A stretch of DNA of 35,530 nucleotides from Trichosphaerium sp. ATCC 40318 (taxonomy: Eukaryota > Protista > Tubulinea). A model generated the notes under the pieces. That model did no database searches. It had not been told where the DNA came from and saw only the letters and a program-made list of their open reading frames with translations. Shown here one piece after another: positions 11,754-23,863 of the stretch. Made by a program: the position numbers and the translations under genes. The stretch spans positions 1 through 35,530 of the forward strand of contig JALMLS010000498.1 of NCBI GenBank assembly GCA_038496445.1, read 5' to 3'. The first letter of the stretch is position 1. Every line of letters starts with the position of its first letter.

Positions 11754-13591
11754 CTATTCATCGAGCGTTTTAACAATAGATTCAATCTTGGCTTTAAAAT
11801 TATCGGCGTTCTCCTTAGAGGCAAAACGAAGCTAATACAACGTATAAGCTACCATCTAAAACGTAACAAGACAAAAACGTACCGCGTAAAGTTCAGGTAT
11901 TGCACTAGCAGGTTTAGCTTCTTCTTCTTTCTTGGCTTCATCCGTAGTCTCTTCTTTCTTATCCTCTACAACTGGTTCATCCTTTTTAAGATCAGCAGTA
12001 TTCACCACAGCAAGGTTAAGAAGCTTTTCAGCAGCTTTTGTGACAGTCAACCTACAAACAAACGTCAAAAAGAGCGAGTAAACAAAAAAAACTTCAAAAA
12101 AATTTTAACCAACTATTTTTCCTTTTCTTTGACGTGAACATCTTCCAATCGACTGATTGGAAGAGATCTGGGTTGGTTGTCTACGAATCATTTTGATTTT
12201 TTTTTTGTTTTCTTGACTTACCCTTTATAAAGTGCTGCGTTGAGCACAAGACGGTTGGATTTATCGTTCCTGAGAATGAATCTGTATAGTTTTGTTTTAT
12301 TGTTCTGGTTGATTAACAATGGTCCCTTTCCACGTTCAGCCCATGTCATATTACCTTCCTTCTCTACTAGTTTATATAACTTGCCGCGTGTCTACAATAA
12401 AGAAACGTTCGTAAGCACATGTACAGACAAACGAGGTGTCTTTAAAAGGGTTACCTCGTGGTGGTTTGTGTCATCCTCTTCTCCACTCTTTAATGGTTCC
12501 TTTGGTTTCTCTATAACAGGCACCTTCTTAGATGCTGGTGGAACCCAATCACCAAGACCTGATGAACTCGTTCCAAAATTGAAGCTTTTTGACTAAAAAA
12601 ATGCGTGTGAGCTTAGAACAGGCCTTCGTAGATAACAGCAAGTTATGAATAGCGTCTGATACAAAAAAACGCAAAGGAAAAACTTTTTTTTTCCTTCGTA
12701 TTTTAGACTTCTAAAAGATGCACGGTGGTAACTTACTTCGCTCCCTTTTGCTGGAGGTTCAATATTTTGTCCGAAAATCTGCGTACAAGTGAGTAAAAAA
12801 TAATGTAGCGTTTCGTTGGCGCCAAAAAATGAGATGAACTGGCCTAAGGGGTTTGTACGTACGCCTCCTCCTGTAGTTCCAAAAGTTGATTTGCCAGAGC
12901 CCCAAAAGTTAAGTGGTGCGGCTGCAGTCTATGTATAATGTATCAGATACGCGAAATACATGAAATAGAAGCAATGGGTATGCTTTGTGCAAACGCCAAG
13001 AAAAAAAAAAAAAGACAGAGTGTCAGTAAACATGTAGTATTGATCTATGTGATTGGCAGCACTCAAAGCAACGTTTGTTGTACAAAAAAAACTTGCTCAA
13101 AAGGTTTTTAATCCAAATAACCGGCTATTCGTACCTCAGTCGATGGTTTATCGAAACTGAATGGTGTTGCATCTCCAAATGACCATGGCTTTATTTCAAC
13201 TTTAGCGGGTTCTGCGGCTCCTGTAGCTGCCTTAGGGGCTTCTGTTGTTTTGGGGGTGGTATCTGTTGTTGTGACAGGTGCTTGTGGAGCAGGTGCTGCA
13301 ACCTACAAATTTTTTTAATAACGTTTTAATCCCATGAGGGCGTGTACTTCTGGGGTTGTCGCTGGTGCTGGTTTCGGCGTTGCCGCGGGTACACCACGTC
13401 TGGTTGCTTTTATAATTCTGTATAATAATTACCATTAGGTGATATTAATGAATGTGCATTCATTAATCGTACTTTCTCTTTTTTAAAACCGCATCCGGTG
13501 CTTTTGACCATGTACCACTTCCGTTATCACTTACAAGTGCCTCTGGGTCGTCGTCCGAAGTTAATTGTCTGTCTGCGCGTCGTTTGGACAT
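11754..13591 (-). CDS. NUP50: Nucleoporin Nup50/Nup2 (N-terminal NUP50 domain, FG-like middle, C-terminal RanBP1 domain), multi-exon
   Basis: MSKRRADRQLTSDDDP...GTWSKAPDAVLKKRK importin-alpha-binding motif; SFG/TFG/FNFG repeats; GEEDDT...KLYKL...WAERGKGPLLIN...RFILRND...LNA Ran-binding domain. Confidence 0.9.
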
Positions 13592-13684
13592 AATTTGCTA
13601 TTTATTTTAACTTTCTGTTCTTGCAGCACAACAACTTAACTTCCAATCTAAGTCACCGCTATTTTCTCAACGCAGTTACCCACA

Positions 13685-16007
13685 ATGGATCTCAAGTTTG
13701 TTCTGGTGTTTGCCATTCTCTGTGCTACAGTTTTGTGCTTACCAACACTCCAAAAACCTTCCTTGAAGGCTATGTTGGATAAGATTCCTGCTCAAACGAA
13801 AAACGATATTGCCGAATTTAAAGCTGCTAATCCAGACGACCTAACATTCGACTGTACGCCTTACAACGCCTTCATAATTAGCGCTTTATGTTGGAACCTT
13901 CCAAAAAAATTACAAACCCACGTGCTCAAAAACGTGGCCAAGCTAAACCAACAAAAAAGATTGTCGTTTTTAATTGTTTTTCATTTTTAGAAAAGTCCAC
14001 CTTATTTTCTTCTTAGGCGCAATTTGCGGTATTGCCGTAAACGAGCTCGAAGGATTATTATTGGAGAACATTACAGAGGCTGAAGTGACCGAAAAATTGA
14101 CTGAAGATCTATGTAACTCCCTCGCAGGCGACCTCAAGACAATTTGCCTGACAGTTGCTAATACCATACCTGACATTGTAAGCCTTCAATGTATTTTAAG
14201 CGCTTCTTTCCCTTTTTGTTTTCCTAACCATCTCACGTGAATTTACAGACAAAACAAACATCAAAAAAAAAATAACGTGCCACACAATCTACCTAGTAGT
14301 ATTTTTTTCTCATGAATTTTTTTTGTATTTTAGCAAGCGAGCGCTCTAACAATATCCTAGTTTAAAATGCTTACCCAACAATGGACTGTTTCTCGTATAT
14401 GCTATGAGATTGATCTATGTCCTCCATTTAAAACACACGTTGATCCTTCTCCAGTAAATACATACCTCATTAACTTGGATCTTGCCCCAGAGGATAGATG
14501 TACGTTAAAAAACCAAGAAAAAAATACGACGGATAATAGTTTATCCATTTGACCTCAACTCACATTACTTTAGACAAGGAAGTATGCTCAGTACCTGCGT
14601 TTAAAAGCAACGCTCTGTTCCTAGTGAACACTGTACGTAAAAACATGTTGCTTTTTTTTTTTTTTTTGAACAAATCTCGGATCTGAGACAGTCTTGGTTT
14701 ACACTTTCTTGTACAGGTCAAAAAATTGCTTGGTGATGTTGCTCCTGTAATATCCGATATTGGAGATGCCTTGAACTACTTTTATTTCCCAACTGAATAC
14801 GCTGCAGAGTACGTACATCAAAGAATATAACCTCAACACAGTATCAATTTAACTATCTCAGATTGCGAGGTTGCGCCAAACAGATTGGTATTTCCCCTGG
14901 TTGGTTGTCCCTATTAAATTTGGGATACGAATTGAGGTATGGAAACGTAAATGAAATAAGTTTTTTGTCGTCACATGACGAATGAACAAAAGATTTGATT
15001 TTTAACCTTTTAATCTCACTATCTTTTTAAGTGATGCTTGTACATCTATTGTCGCCCAAGGTAAAGATGGTACAATATACCATGCACGTAATATGGACTT
15101 CTGGGCCGGTATGGGTTTCACAGATACCTTGAAGGACATCACATACGAAGCACACTACCAAAGAGGAAACAAAACAATCTTTAAAACAACTACATTAGCA
15201 GGCACGTGAAAACGAACATTAAAGTCCTTAAAATAGAAACAATCGTGTGATTCTCAAAACCAAATTTACAAACAGAGACAAGCTTGTAGTATGTTTTCTC
15301 ATTTGTTTGTTACAGGATACGTCGGCGCATTGAGTGGACAGAAGCCAGGAGAGTTTTCTATCTCTGTCAATACACGTTTCTACCCAGGAGGTCTCAAAGA
15401 ATTCTTTTATGAAGCAATTGCTGCTATTGAAGAAAAGAATGCTTCCCTTGTCACGTTCTTGTCACGTGAGGTACTCCAAAACGAAAACGACTACCCTGCA
15501 GCTGTAGAGCAACTAAGTGATGATTTACTTATTGCTGACGTCTACTACATCATCGGCGGAAACAAAGCCGGACAAGGTTCGAATGACTTCAACTTTTTAG
15601 ACAAAATCAATTGTTTCTAATGCGTTTTTTTAAAGGTACTGTACTTTCCAGAAACAGAAAAGATCCTTCAAACCATCCTTGGGTTCTCGGAGATGAACCA
15701 GGAAAGTGGTATCTCTTACAGACCAACTACGATCATTGGAACCCTGCTCCTTGGTTTGATGATAGACGTGTACCTGGTAACCGTCATATGGATGCCCTAG
15801 GACAAGACAACGTAAATGCACAAGCTCTACTGAAGGTATAGTCTCTTAAACCCTCAATTTGACAAATTGGTTGGTTAATTTGTTTTTTAGATTTTGAGCG
15901 AGAAGCCAACATTGAACTTGCAGTCAACCTTTAGTATGATGTCTGTACCAAAAACTGGTCAGTACTCAAGTACTACTAGATGGTGCCCTTACCCTTGCAC
16001 ACAATAA
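13685..16007 (+). CDS. Secreted/lysosomal acid ceramidase/NAAA-family Ntn hydrolase with an N-terminal saposin B-type domain, multi-exon
   Basis: Signal peptide; saposin-like Cys pattern (C..CGI...DLC...IC...ICYEIDLC); INLDLAPEDR; nucleophile ACTSIVAQ...IYHARNMDF; GYVGALSG; QTNYDHW...FDDRR. Confidence 0.9.
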
Positions 16008-16411
16008 ATAGCCTTTATTGTTTGTTAACCATCTTTGTTTTGAAGCTGCGGCTTACGACCAGTTTGTTCTTTTACTGTGTACATTTGAACCACAAATCGT
16101 TACCCATAGGTTGCCTATATCATTTGAAAGTGAAACTCATGCTTTTATCTCAGTTGCTTGTAGTCTGTTTTCGAAAGAATTTTGGGTTTTTTTTTCAAGA
16201 TTCAATACGTTCCATCACGTTTATTAATCATAACATTTCTTTCTTTTGTTTCATTCAACGTTGACATTGCATTTGGGCGACATTAGAGTCATAAAACAAT
16301 ATGCAACAGTATGAACGAATAACTAACTGAAACCTTATTCGTGCAATTATCTCATTTGTATCTTTTAGTGGAGGAAAAACTGCCACTTAATACTAGCAAG
16401 TGTTTTTGTGT

Positions 16412-17187
16412 TCATTCGAATCGTGCATATTTCAATGTCCATTCACGTGCTGTTCCTAGTCACGTGTCAAAGAATAATTTTTTTAACAACATACTTAAGT
16501 ATCCTTCTTTGCTTTGTTTATACATATTATAAACGGCGGGTTCTGCAATCATATCCGGATTAGGATCATTCAATAAGCGATTTATGGAAACGAGAAATGA
16601 ACGTATTCTTGTTGCAGGTGTATACCGTGCTCTATCATCATTGCCCCAACAAATTTGTCCTCCACGAAATATCTATGTAAAAAAAATACATTAAAAACAA
16701 TCCACTTGCAAGTGCACTCAATGCCACAATAGCCTGTTTTCGATATTATCTTAGCATAAAAGCCTTAAGTGACTATGACATGCGGCATACTTTGACGTAG
16801 TTATTCGGCATTAAGGACAAAATCAAAGTCTTTTTTTTGAAACAATAAAAACCACTTACGTTGATGTGATATATTTTTGTTTCAAACTTTATTATTGGTA
16901 TTTTGAATGGGTATTCTTATATAGGCGTTAGCTAACAATATTATACTTTACTATGAACACGTGATTTACCTTGAGCAAAATTAAAAGAGACATAAAAAAC
17001 ACCTCCTTCATATGGTGTTCCTTTAGGACCCAAAACCGCCACTAGAAGTTTTGTTATTCTCTAACCAGCGTATTTTGAAATTACCTTCCCAATCGTGTAT
17101 GTTATCATTTTTAAACTGAATGTGACAGTTTTCTACTGGATCTAGAACCAAAGAACGTAATTCCACTGATAAGCGCCGAATTGCCAT
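16412..17187 (-). CDS. Ubiquitin-conjugating enzyme E2, divergent UBE2D/Ubc4-like, multi-exon
   Basis: MAIRRLSVEL...GPKGTPYEGGVF...YPFKIP.IKFETKIYHIN|IFRGGQICWG...DPNPD...AREWTLKYA. Confidence 0.9.
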
Positions 17188-17284
17188 TTATTGAGTTGGT
17201 TTGCACAAAAACGAGTGGTTGGTAGGTGTGACCACTATTTATGTCGATATATTTATTCACTGATTTAAAGTCACCGTTTATTGC

Positions 17285-17388
17285 TCATGTATTTAGATTT
17301 TTGCACTGTTCACAGTCAATTAAATATTGCACAACATTAGTATGGACGCCTTTGAGCGCCTTAATACCTTCATCTGAGATATCACAGC
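17285..17388 (-). pseudogene. 3'-terminal remnant of an LRR-family gene, truncated at the TIR element
   Basis: Reads (R)CDISDEGIKALKGVHTNVVQYLIDCEQCKNLNT* followed 2 nt later by AATAAA. It directly abuts the element, which has an in-frame TGA just upstream. Confidence 0.8.
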
Positions 17389-17648
17389 GGGGTCATAGTT
17401 TTTTCCGAATTTTCCGAAAACAAAAATTCGAAAAAATAGAATTCGTAGAAAGATGCATAGCTAGGGCAGTCCACTAAACTAGAAAGCGCCTGGTTCACTT
17501 ACAGTCGGGTCCTCGCTGTGCTAGGAACTAGAACCCGACCTTCGCTCACATATAGTGATCCATTGGTGGGTATAGGCATTCGGTTTTTGTATCGAATTCT
17601 ATTTTTTCGAATTTTTTCTTTCGAAAAATTCGGAAAAAACGTGGGTCC
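17389..17648. mobile_element. Non-autonomous TIR element (MITE-like), copy 1, 260 bp
   Basis: About 60-bp imperfect terminal inverted repeats (GG...TTTTTTCCGAATTTTYCGAAA..AAAAATTCGAAAAAATAGAATTCG); near-identical inverted copy at 28959-29218; no flanking direct repeat at this copy. Confidence 0.88.
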
Positions 17649-18378
17649 GCTGTGAGGCAGCCAAGAGTCAATTACAGTCAGTTTCAAACAACGTACGTGA
17701 GCGTTCAGGCCCATGTCATACGAAATTGAGGTAATTGTGTCTATTAGTGCACTATTTTAACGGTTGTAGCCTCCAAGCCCTTCAAAAAGGCTAAAACAAG
17801 AATATATTGTGAAAACGTTACATACAAGCGAGCTTCTAGCATTTACGCAAAGATTAGACAGTTTTCTTGAGACAAACATTCAATTCGTTGATATTGACGT
17901 ATTTACTACCACTATGAGATCTAAAACTTGTTCCAATTAACTGTAAAACATAGACTGGTCTGTACGAGTTTTCAGAATTAGCGAGGAGGCTTAAAAAGAT
18001 ACGGTACAGCTTACCAGATGTAGAAGAGGCTATTATCGAGCTTGTACGTACAAAATACTGTTGAAAGAAGGCAAAAAAACCTAAGAATTAACCCGGATTT
18101 TGGTACATTTTTTTGGTACTCTGAAGATTCGCACGTGCTTCAAACGGTATGCTCGGTAATAATCCTGCTATTCCGATATTGAACTTCTCAGTGCTTATCG
18201 TCATATTTGCTTGATTTACTGGATCCTCAAAGTCCGTAGTGAACCATAAGCAATTGAAATCTGAGATGAATCCAAATAAAATGTGCTCTAAATCCGTGTC
18301 AATTCCAAAGCTTTTGTGAAAGAGAATGCTACTCGACCGTTACAATACTTCTGTTTTCGCTTATATTTATGTTTCAAG

Positions 18379-20712
18379 ATGGACTATGAAAACGAAGGAG
18401 TTGAGAACTATTTTGATGATGTACCATTGGAGATTGTAATAACAATTTTTGAGTGCTTGAACAAACTTCAAAGATATCCATTAGTTTATGTATGCAAGCA
18501 ATGGAAAAAAGCTACACAAATGATGCTTGGAAACACTCTAAAGTTTCATGAGTATGTCACGTGTTTGGACACATGTTCATGTCATTGTTTTGCTGTTAAT
18601 GCAATTGAACTAGTTGTTGGGTAACGGGTGATATTTTGTCAGCTAAAATTAGAGCAAGAGCTGAGACATTGCATACACTGAGGTACAAAAATGTTTCTTT
18701 GTGTTTGACATACACGTGTATTCTAATTTTTTCTTACTTCTTTTAGTATTCAAGGTTGTGGATGGCTATGGGCGAAAATGATTATAGCTGGGATAAATGA
18801 ATGCAAATACATTACAAATTTAAGCTTGAAAGGCGTTGATGCTTGTTGGTGGAAAGTAGATAAAATTCGCGAATTACTAATAGCGATTTCAAGTCAAACA
18901 TCTCTTACTACTCTTGGGTATGCACTTTCAACTTTACCTTATTCATATGAAGTCCATGATGTTAACACCAACCTTAGGTTGCCTACACGTACCAGAAAGC
19001 TTACAAAAAAGACCTATAAACTTCTGAGACTACCTTCATTGACAGCGCTTGATGCTACTGACTTTAATTTGGCTAATGGACATGCAGAACTCCATAATTG
19101 CTTTCCAAAACTTGACCAGTTAGTCTTGAATTCTAATACATGCAAATTAATTACAGAAAAAGTTAGTGAGATAAAAGTGAACTTAAAGGTATGACCTGCT
19201 TGTTTCTTGGAAAACAAACTTAACTTTTTTTTTAGAGTTTTTGGTATCCAGAACCCTTAAGTCTTAAGTGGCCATGGAGTACAATGATAAACAAGGAATA
19301 CTGTACAAAACTAGCAATACCAAATGAAGATTTATCAGAGCTTGGGGAATTACCGTTGCTACAGGAATTATATGTTCACGGTGACAAGGGCAGTGTTTTT
19401 GATATGCAAATTTTAAGACGATTTCCTAAACTTACTTCCTTGAGGATAGAAGTGCAAGGTACCTCTTCTATTCAAAAGCTATATATCCGAGTGCAATAAG
19501 TCTTACTAGTATTAGACTTCATTAACACGGATAAAAGCTCAAGTGCGTCTCACAAATAGCAGACTTTCAAGGTGTTGATATACAATTCTCACTTTTTTTT
19601 TTCTTGGCAGAACGCTTGTGTTTGAAGCTTGAGCATTTGACTAATAAGCACACCTACGATGGGAATCCACAACCACTATTAGAAATACTGTGAGCTTAGT
19701 TTATTACCTTGTTCGTATTTAAGACTATGTAGTGATCTACCTAGCTTGAAGGAGTTGTCCATTACTTCACACCACGGACGTCACTTGAGTTTCTTAAAGG
19801 AACATAAGTTTCCAAATCTCAGAAGACTTAAGGTTCTTACAATGTTGTTAATTGTTTATGGTAATGTAACACTTTGTTAAAGTTGGCGGACGCTTATTGC
19901 AGCTGCGCTGGATATCAATATTTGCGTGAGCTTGATATCAATTCAGGATGTGTTGACTCAAAACGCCTACTAGAAATAGCAGGTATGTAATAATAGTAGC
20001 AAGCAAAGTTGGATAAGGTTTTTTTTTCTTGTGAATCACGTGATACTTAAAGGCTTTGATAGTTTGACAATAACACAAGGTTGTGATTTATACTAATTAT
20101 TTCCACTGTAGACAATTGTGATTTGATTAGTTTAAGGCTAGATTCGTTTTGGCCTAAAGATAATGAAAATATCACGAAAGTAATACTTTCAATGACATCG
20201 CTAGAAAAACTTGAGATGAAGTATTGCTCCTTTACTCCATTCCCATCAGCGCACCCCTCAAAAAAGTAGATTCCTAGTATACCCTTTCATCTAATTGCTC
20301 TTAGGTTCCATACTCTAGTATACCATTGTGGGCATAACGCATTAGCTTGCATGGAAGGTCTTCATTGTACAACCTATTTTCTTTGTATTTTTTTTTGTTT
20401 TTGTAATGCTTTTTAGTCCCTACTCTTAGATACTTTGAAGTGACTTGTATGGAGAATTATATAGATCCTATCACAGATTTTATAGAGTACTGTCCTGTAC
20501 TTGAAACTATTCGCTTGTGCCTATTACGTGGGGGTGCATTTTTGGACCAACTACAAATGTGTGCATCTAACAAATTGATACAACATGATTAGATACTGAT
20601 TACCCTTTATTATTGTAGGTATCTTACATTGAAGGGAAAAAATGTCAGGTACATTGTAGAAAACAAGATTGGCACTTGTGTTATACAACCTACAGGAACC
20701 TTTAAAATGTAA
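18379..20712 (+). CDS. F-box + degenerate LRR (FBXL-like) protein, intron-rich
   Basis: F-box FDDVPLEIVITIFECL...VCKQWK; irregular LRRs (LPSLTALDA, FPKLDQLVL, LPLLQELYV, FPKLTSLRI, CPVLETIRL); last exon ends GTFKM*. Internal exon boundaries approximate. Confidence 0.82.
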
Positions 20713-20993
20713 TTTTGTAATCAACTCTACAAGCAACTTGGAAGCAAAGATAATTGGCCTTTAGCCACTGTACTACAACAAAATAAAAAAGCAGCATTCA
20801 GGAGGTTTGGTTCTTCCGAATACACTTTGGAATTGGCTTTGATTCACATAGCTAACAGTACTCAAAATAGACAAAACTCTTTAAGAATCTTGCTATCAGC
20901 AATCTCACATAAGATGTTTGCACTGTTTATCAAATTACAAGCAACACCATCCAAGCATGCAACTGTATTAACACGTTTTATTTTTTACTTTGA

Positions 20994-22411
20994 TTAACCC
21001 GGCTTTAAAAATCTTTTAACAACCATTTGTTCAGCTATTAATTGTGGAGTTTCTTTGCTCAAATAGAAAACATTAAAAGCAGAATTCCTACAATAATCAT
21101 TTGCACTATTTTTACAATCCCTCATCATAGAATCTATGTGTTTAACCAAACCCTCTTCTTTATCACCTTCGCCTTTAAAAAAACAATCAACAAATTTATC
21201 ACGTGATTTTGAATATTAATGATGAACGTACCATAATTAAAATCAGGAAAGATTCGGTTGGCAGTTTCTTTGTCAATAGCATCGACAAATTCTCGAGCGT
21301 TACAAAGTATAACAACGACATCTGTAAAATTCTCTATCAAATATTTAACATCATCAAGAGTTTTTTTGAATGTTGTTTCTTGTCCATCTTTTGTTTTGAA
21401 ATAATCTGTAAGAGCTACGCAATATACTACAATATCCATTTGTCCTAGAACACCTGAGCAATATTTTTCAGTTCTGTGGCGTCTCCACATCTCAGAAACA
21501 TCAATTATGCTAAACAACCTATTAGCATCAAAGAGTAGCTGTTGAATAGTAAAAGAAACAATTGGTTCTTCCTCAATAAGGAGAGGAGGTAGCATCATTG
21601 AAAGAATGAACACAGTAGTATCAAAACTAGATGCAGTGACAATATGTCTTATTTGCGATACTAAAGTGCCTGACAAAAATTGTTTTTTGTCAACATAATT
21701 TGTACCTCACTTTGATACCATAAAAAATCGCCTCAGAGGTAGGAAGTTTATCACTTTCTTCATCTTTTGATGTTGCACGCCCATTCCATCGTTCTTGTCT
21801 GCTTTCTTGAACAAGTTGCTTTCCTGGAATAAAACATGAGTCAAAAAAAACCCCGATAGTAAACTTTGATCCATACTCATTGATTCCGTGACTGAACTCT
21901 CACTACCTATAATGCCCATGTATAAATATTGTGATATCCTATTATGATCTTTGATAAGTGACTTGTTAATTTCTTTTGTAGTAGCTTCTGTAGACTTGAA
22001 CAACTTGCTAATACATTGCCTCTTTTTCGATTTTATCACTAAATACGGAGACCATGTAATAGTGTAGTCTAAAAATACTTTAATCTCACGAAACAATAGT
22101 GCATATACACTCATAGAAACATAGTGTAAAACTATATTAGTAAGACGTACGCCAGTAATTGCTGTTGTCTTTAAAAAAAGGTTTCAACATTCTCATCATC
22201 TTCAACTCGTTCTAAAGTTTCGGGTTTGTTTTGTGATCACGTGTTGTATTTAAATCATTGTCTGTGTGTACCTTGTACATATCACATCTCTTTGTAAATT
22301 TAAAGTCATTTATAATCATATCATTGAGCACGTGACAAACAAGACAAGTCGAAAGTAAAGCTTCTCCATCCAAAAACGATAAAAATTTAAAAACAATCTC
22401 CGGAGGACATT
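20994..22411 (-). CDS. F-box protein fused to a degenerate heterotrimeric G-alpha-like domain; 5' exon(s) unresolved
   Basis: F-box exon CPPEIVFKFLSFLDGEALLSTCLVCHVL, then TKEINKSLIKD...MGIIGSES..NLFKK, FSIIDVSEM, IVVYCVALTDY, VVVILCNAREF, IFPDFNYG, colinear with the G-alpha motifs. Confidence 0.7.
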
Positions 22412-23863
22412 CTATGAAACCAACAAGTCAAAAAAAGGTATAGCGAGGCTATAAACCAAGAAAAATACAAGCCCTTGAATTACTTATACAATACCCTTTG
22501 ATTCACAAAGGCGACAAGTGAGAAACGAAGTTTTGTTCCTTTTTAGGCTTTACAAATTGGGAGTTTTGAATGAAAGCACTTAGAGTACTTATACGGAGCT
22601 CCAGTGCGTGTTTTATAGGTATTACGTACTTGTAAAGTAACAAGGACCAACAGCTGGCCATTTCCTTTTTCTGTTTCTCTTGTAGACGCGTAGAGATAAG
22701 CGCGGTCCTTTTATCAGCGGATCTTCGTTGTTTATAACGTAATTAACTATCCTACGATACAAAAACCCGTTAATTTCCTTCATAGGTCTATCAATCGTAT
22801 GGCGTACGATTGAAAAACATCGTTACAATTAAATTGTGTGTTTTGTTGTTTTAAGCGCTTCAACTGTTTTTTTAAGCTTTTCTTTTCCTATGTTGGCGTA
22901 AGCCTTGTAAGTACTACACTATGCATTATCTCCTACCTGCTGCAATTCCGCCAACATTTCACTAAACAAGAAAAGACAATCGCGACTTAAAAATAGTGGC
23001 TTAACAATGTTAATCACGTTTTGACAATGCCTCTAATATAAACCACAGCAGTTATTGGGCAGGTTGGAATTTATACATTAGTAGCACGCGGTAGAAGCTA
23101 ATGCGCAAATGAATAAACACAAGGTCAGAATCTTATTGATAAGTAGAACTAAGCACCAAGTGTAACAATCTCATCCAAGGACAAGTTTTTATGAACATTA
23201 TTAGCGGGTTGCCTTATCTGCCCGTCTATTTGCATACCATGATGTTTGGTACATCTACTATTGCACAATCCCCTCTTTTCTTTCCTGTGATTGCACTGAA
23301 CTACACTTTCGAAAAGTCAGTGAAACACGCAAGCTTGTATAAACGATGAACATCTATGTAGGTTATAAATAAGTACTTTTCGCGAGGTGTAGCCATAAAA
23401 GATAATAAATAGTGAAGGAGCGATGGCGTAAACTCACATAAAACAACACAAGAGTACTCGAAACACCATGATATCACTGCAAAAGTACAAAATTGTTAAT
23501 TGTTTACTTAGCTCACATTTGTGAGAATATGAACTAAAGCCTCGCTTCGCTCTTATTATGAGATAAGGAATTGCAAGTATGCGGAATTTTGACACAAACA
23601 ACACGTGTTGCAGTTGCTTGTTTTATCTTTGGCATATTTTGTTTATAGCCGTTACAACAGACAATGCTGAAGATCAGAAATTGTGTAGACATTATACACC
23701 ATTTTATACAAAGCATGCATAATTGTAAATATTCTGAAGAAAAAGAACACAAATTATTTAATCTCGAACAGGGAGTTTCATTTGTCAAAATATAACATGG
23801 TATCAATACCCTTCAGGTTAGCATTATACAGGCGTTCAGGAAGATAGTGTACATTCAACATCT

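Noticed and set aside
17497-17545. TCCTCGCT motif suggesting an HDV-like ribozyme in the TIR element
   Set aside because: The flanking bases (GGG/GTG) cannot form P3, and I found no P1/P2 pseudoknot.
17499-17714. Short ORFs overlapping the TIR element (also 17241-17477, 28945-29127) as a possible transposase
   Set aside because: Too short, no DDE or DNA-binding motifs; they are translations of low-complexity TIR sequence.
23534-23806. 90-aa ORF downstream of the LRR gene
   Set aside because: TTG start, no motif and no clear splice structure; treated as intergenic.
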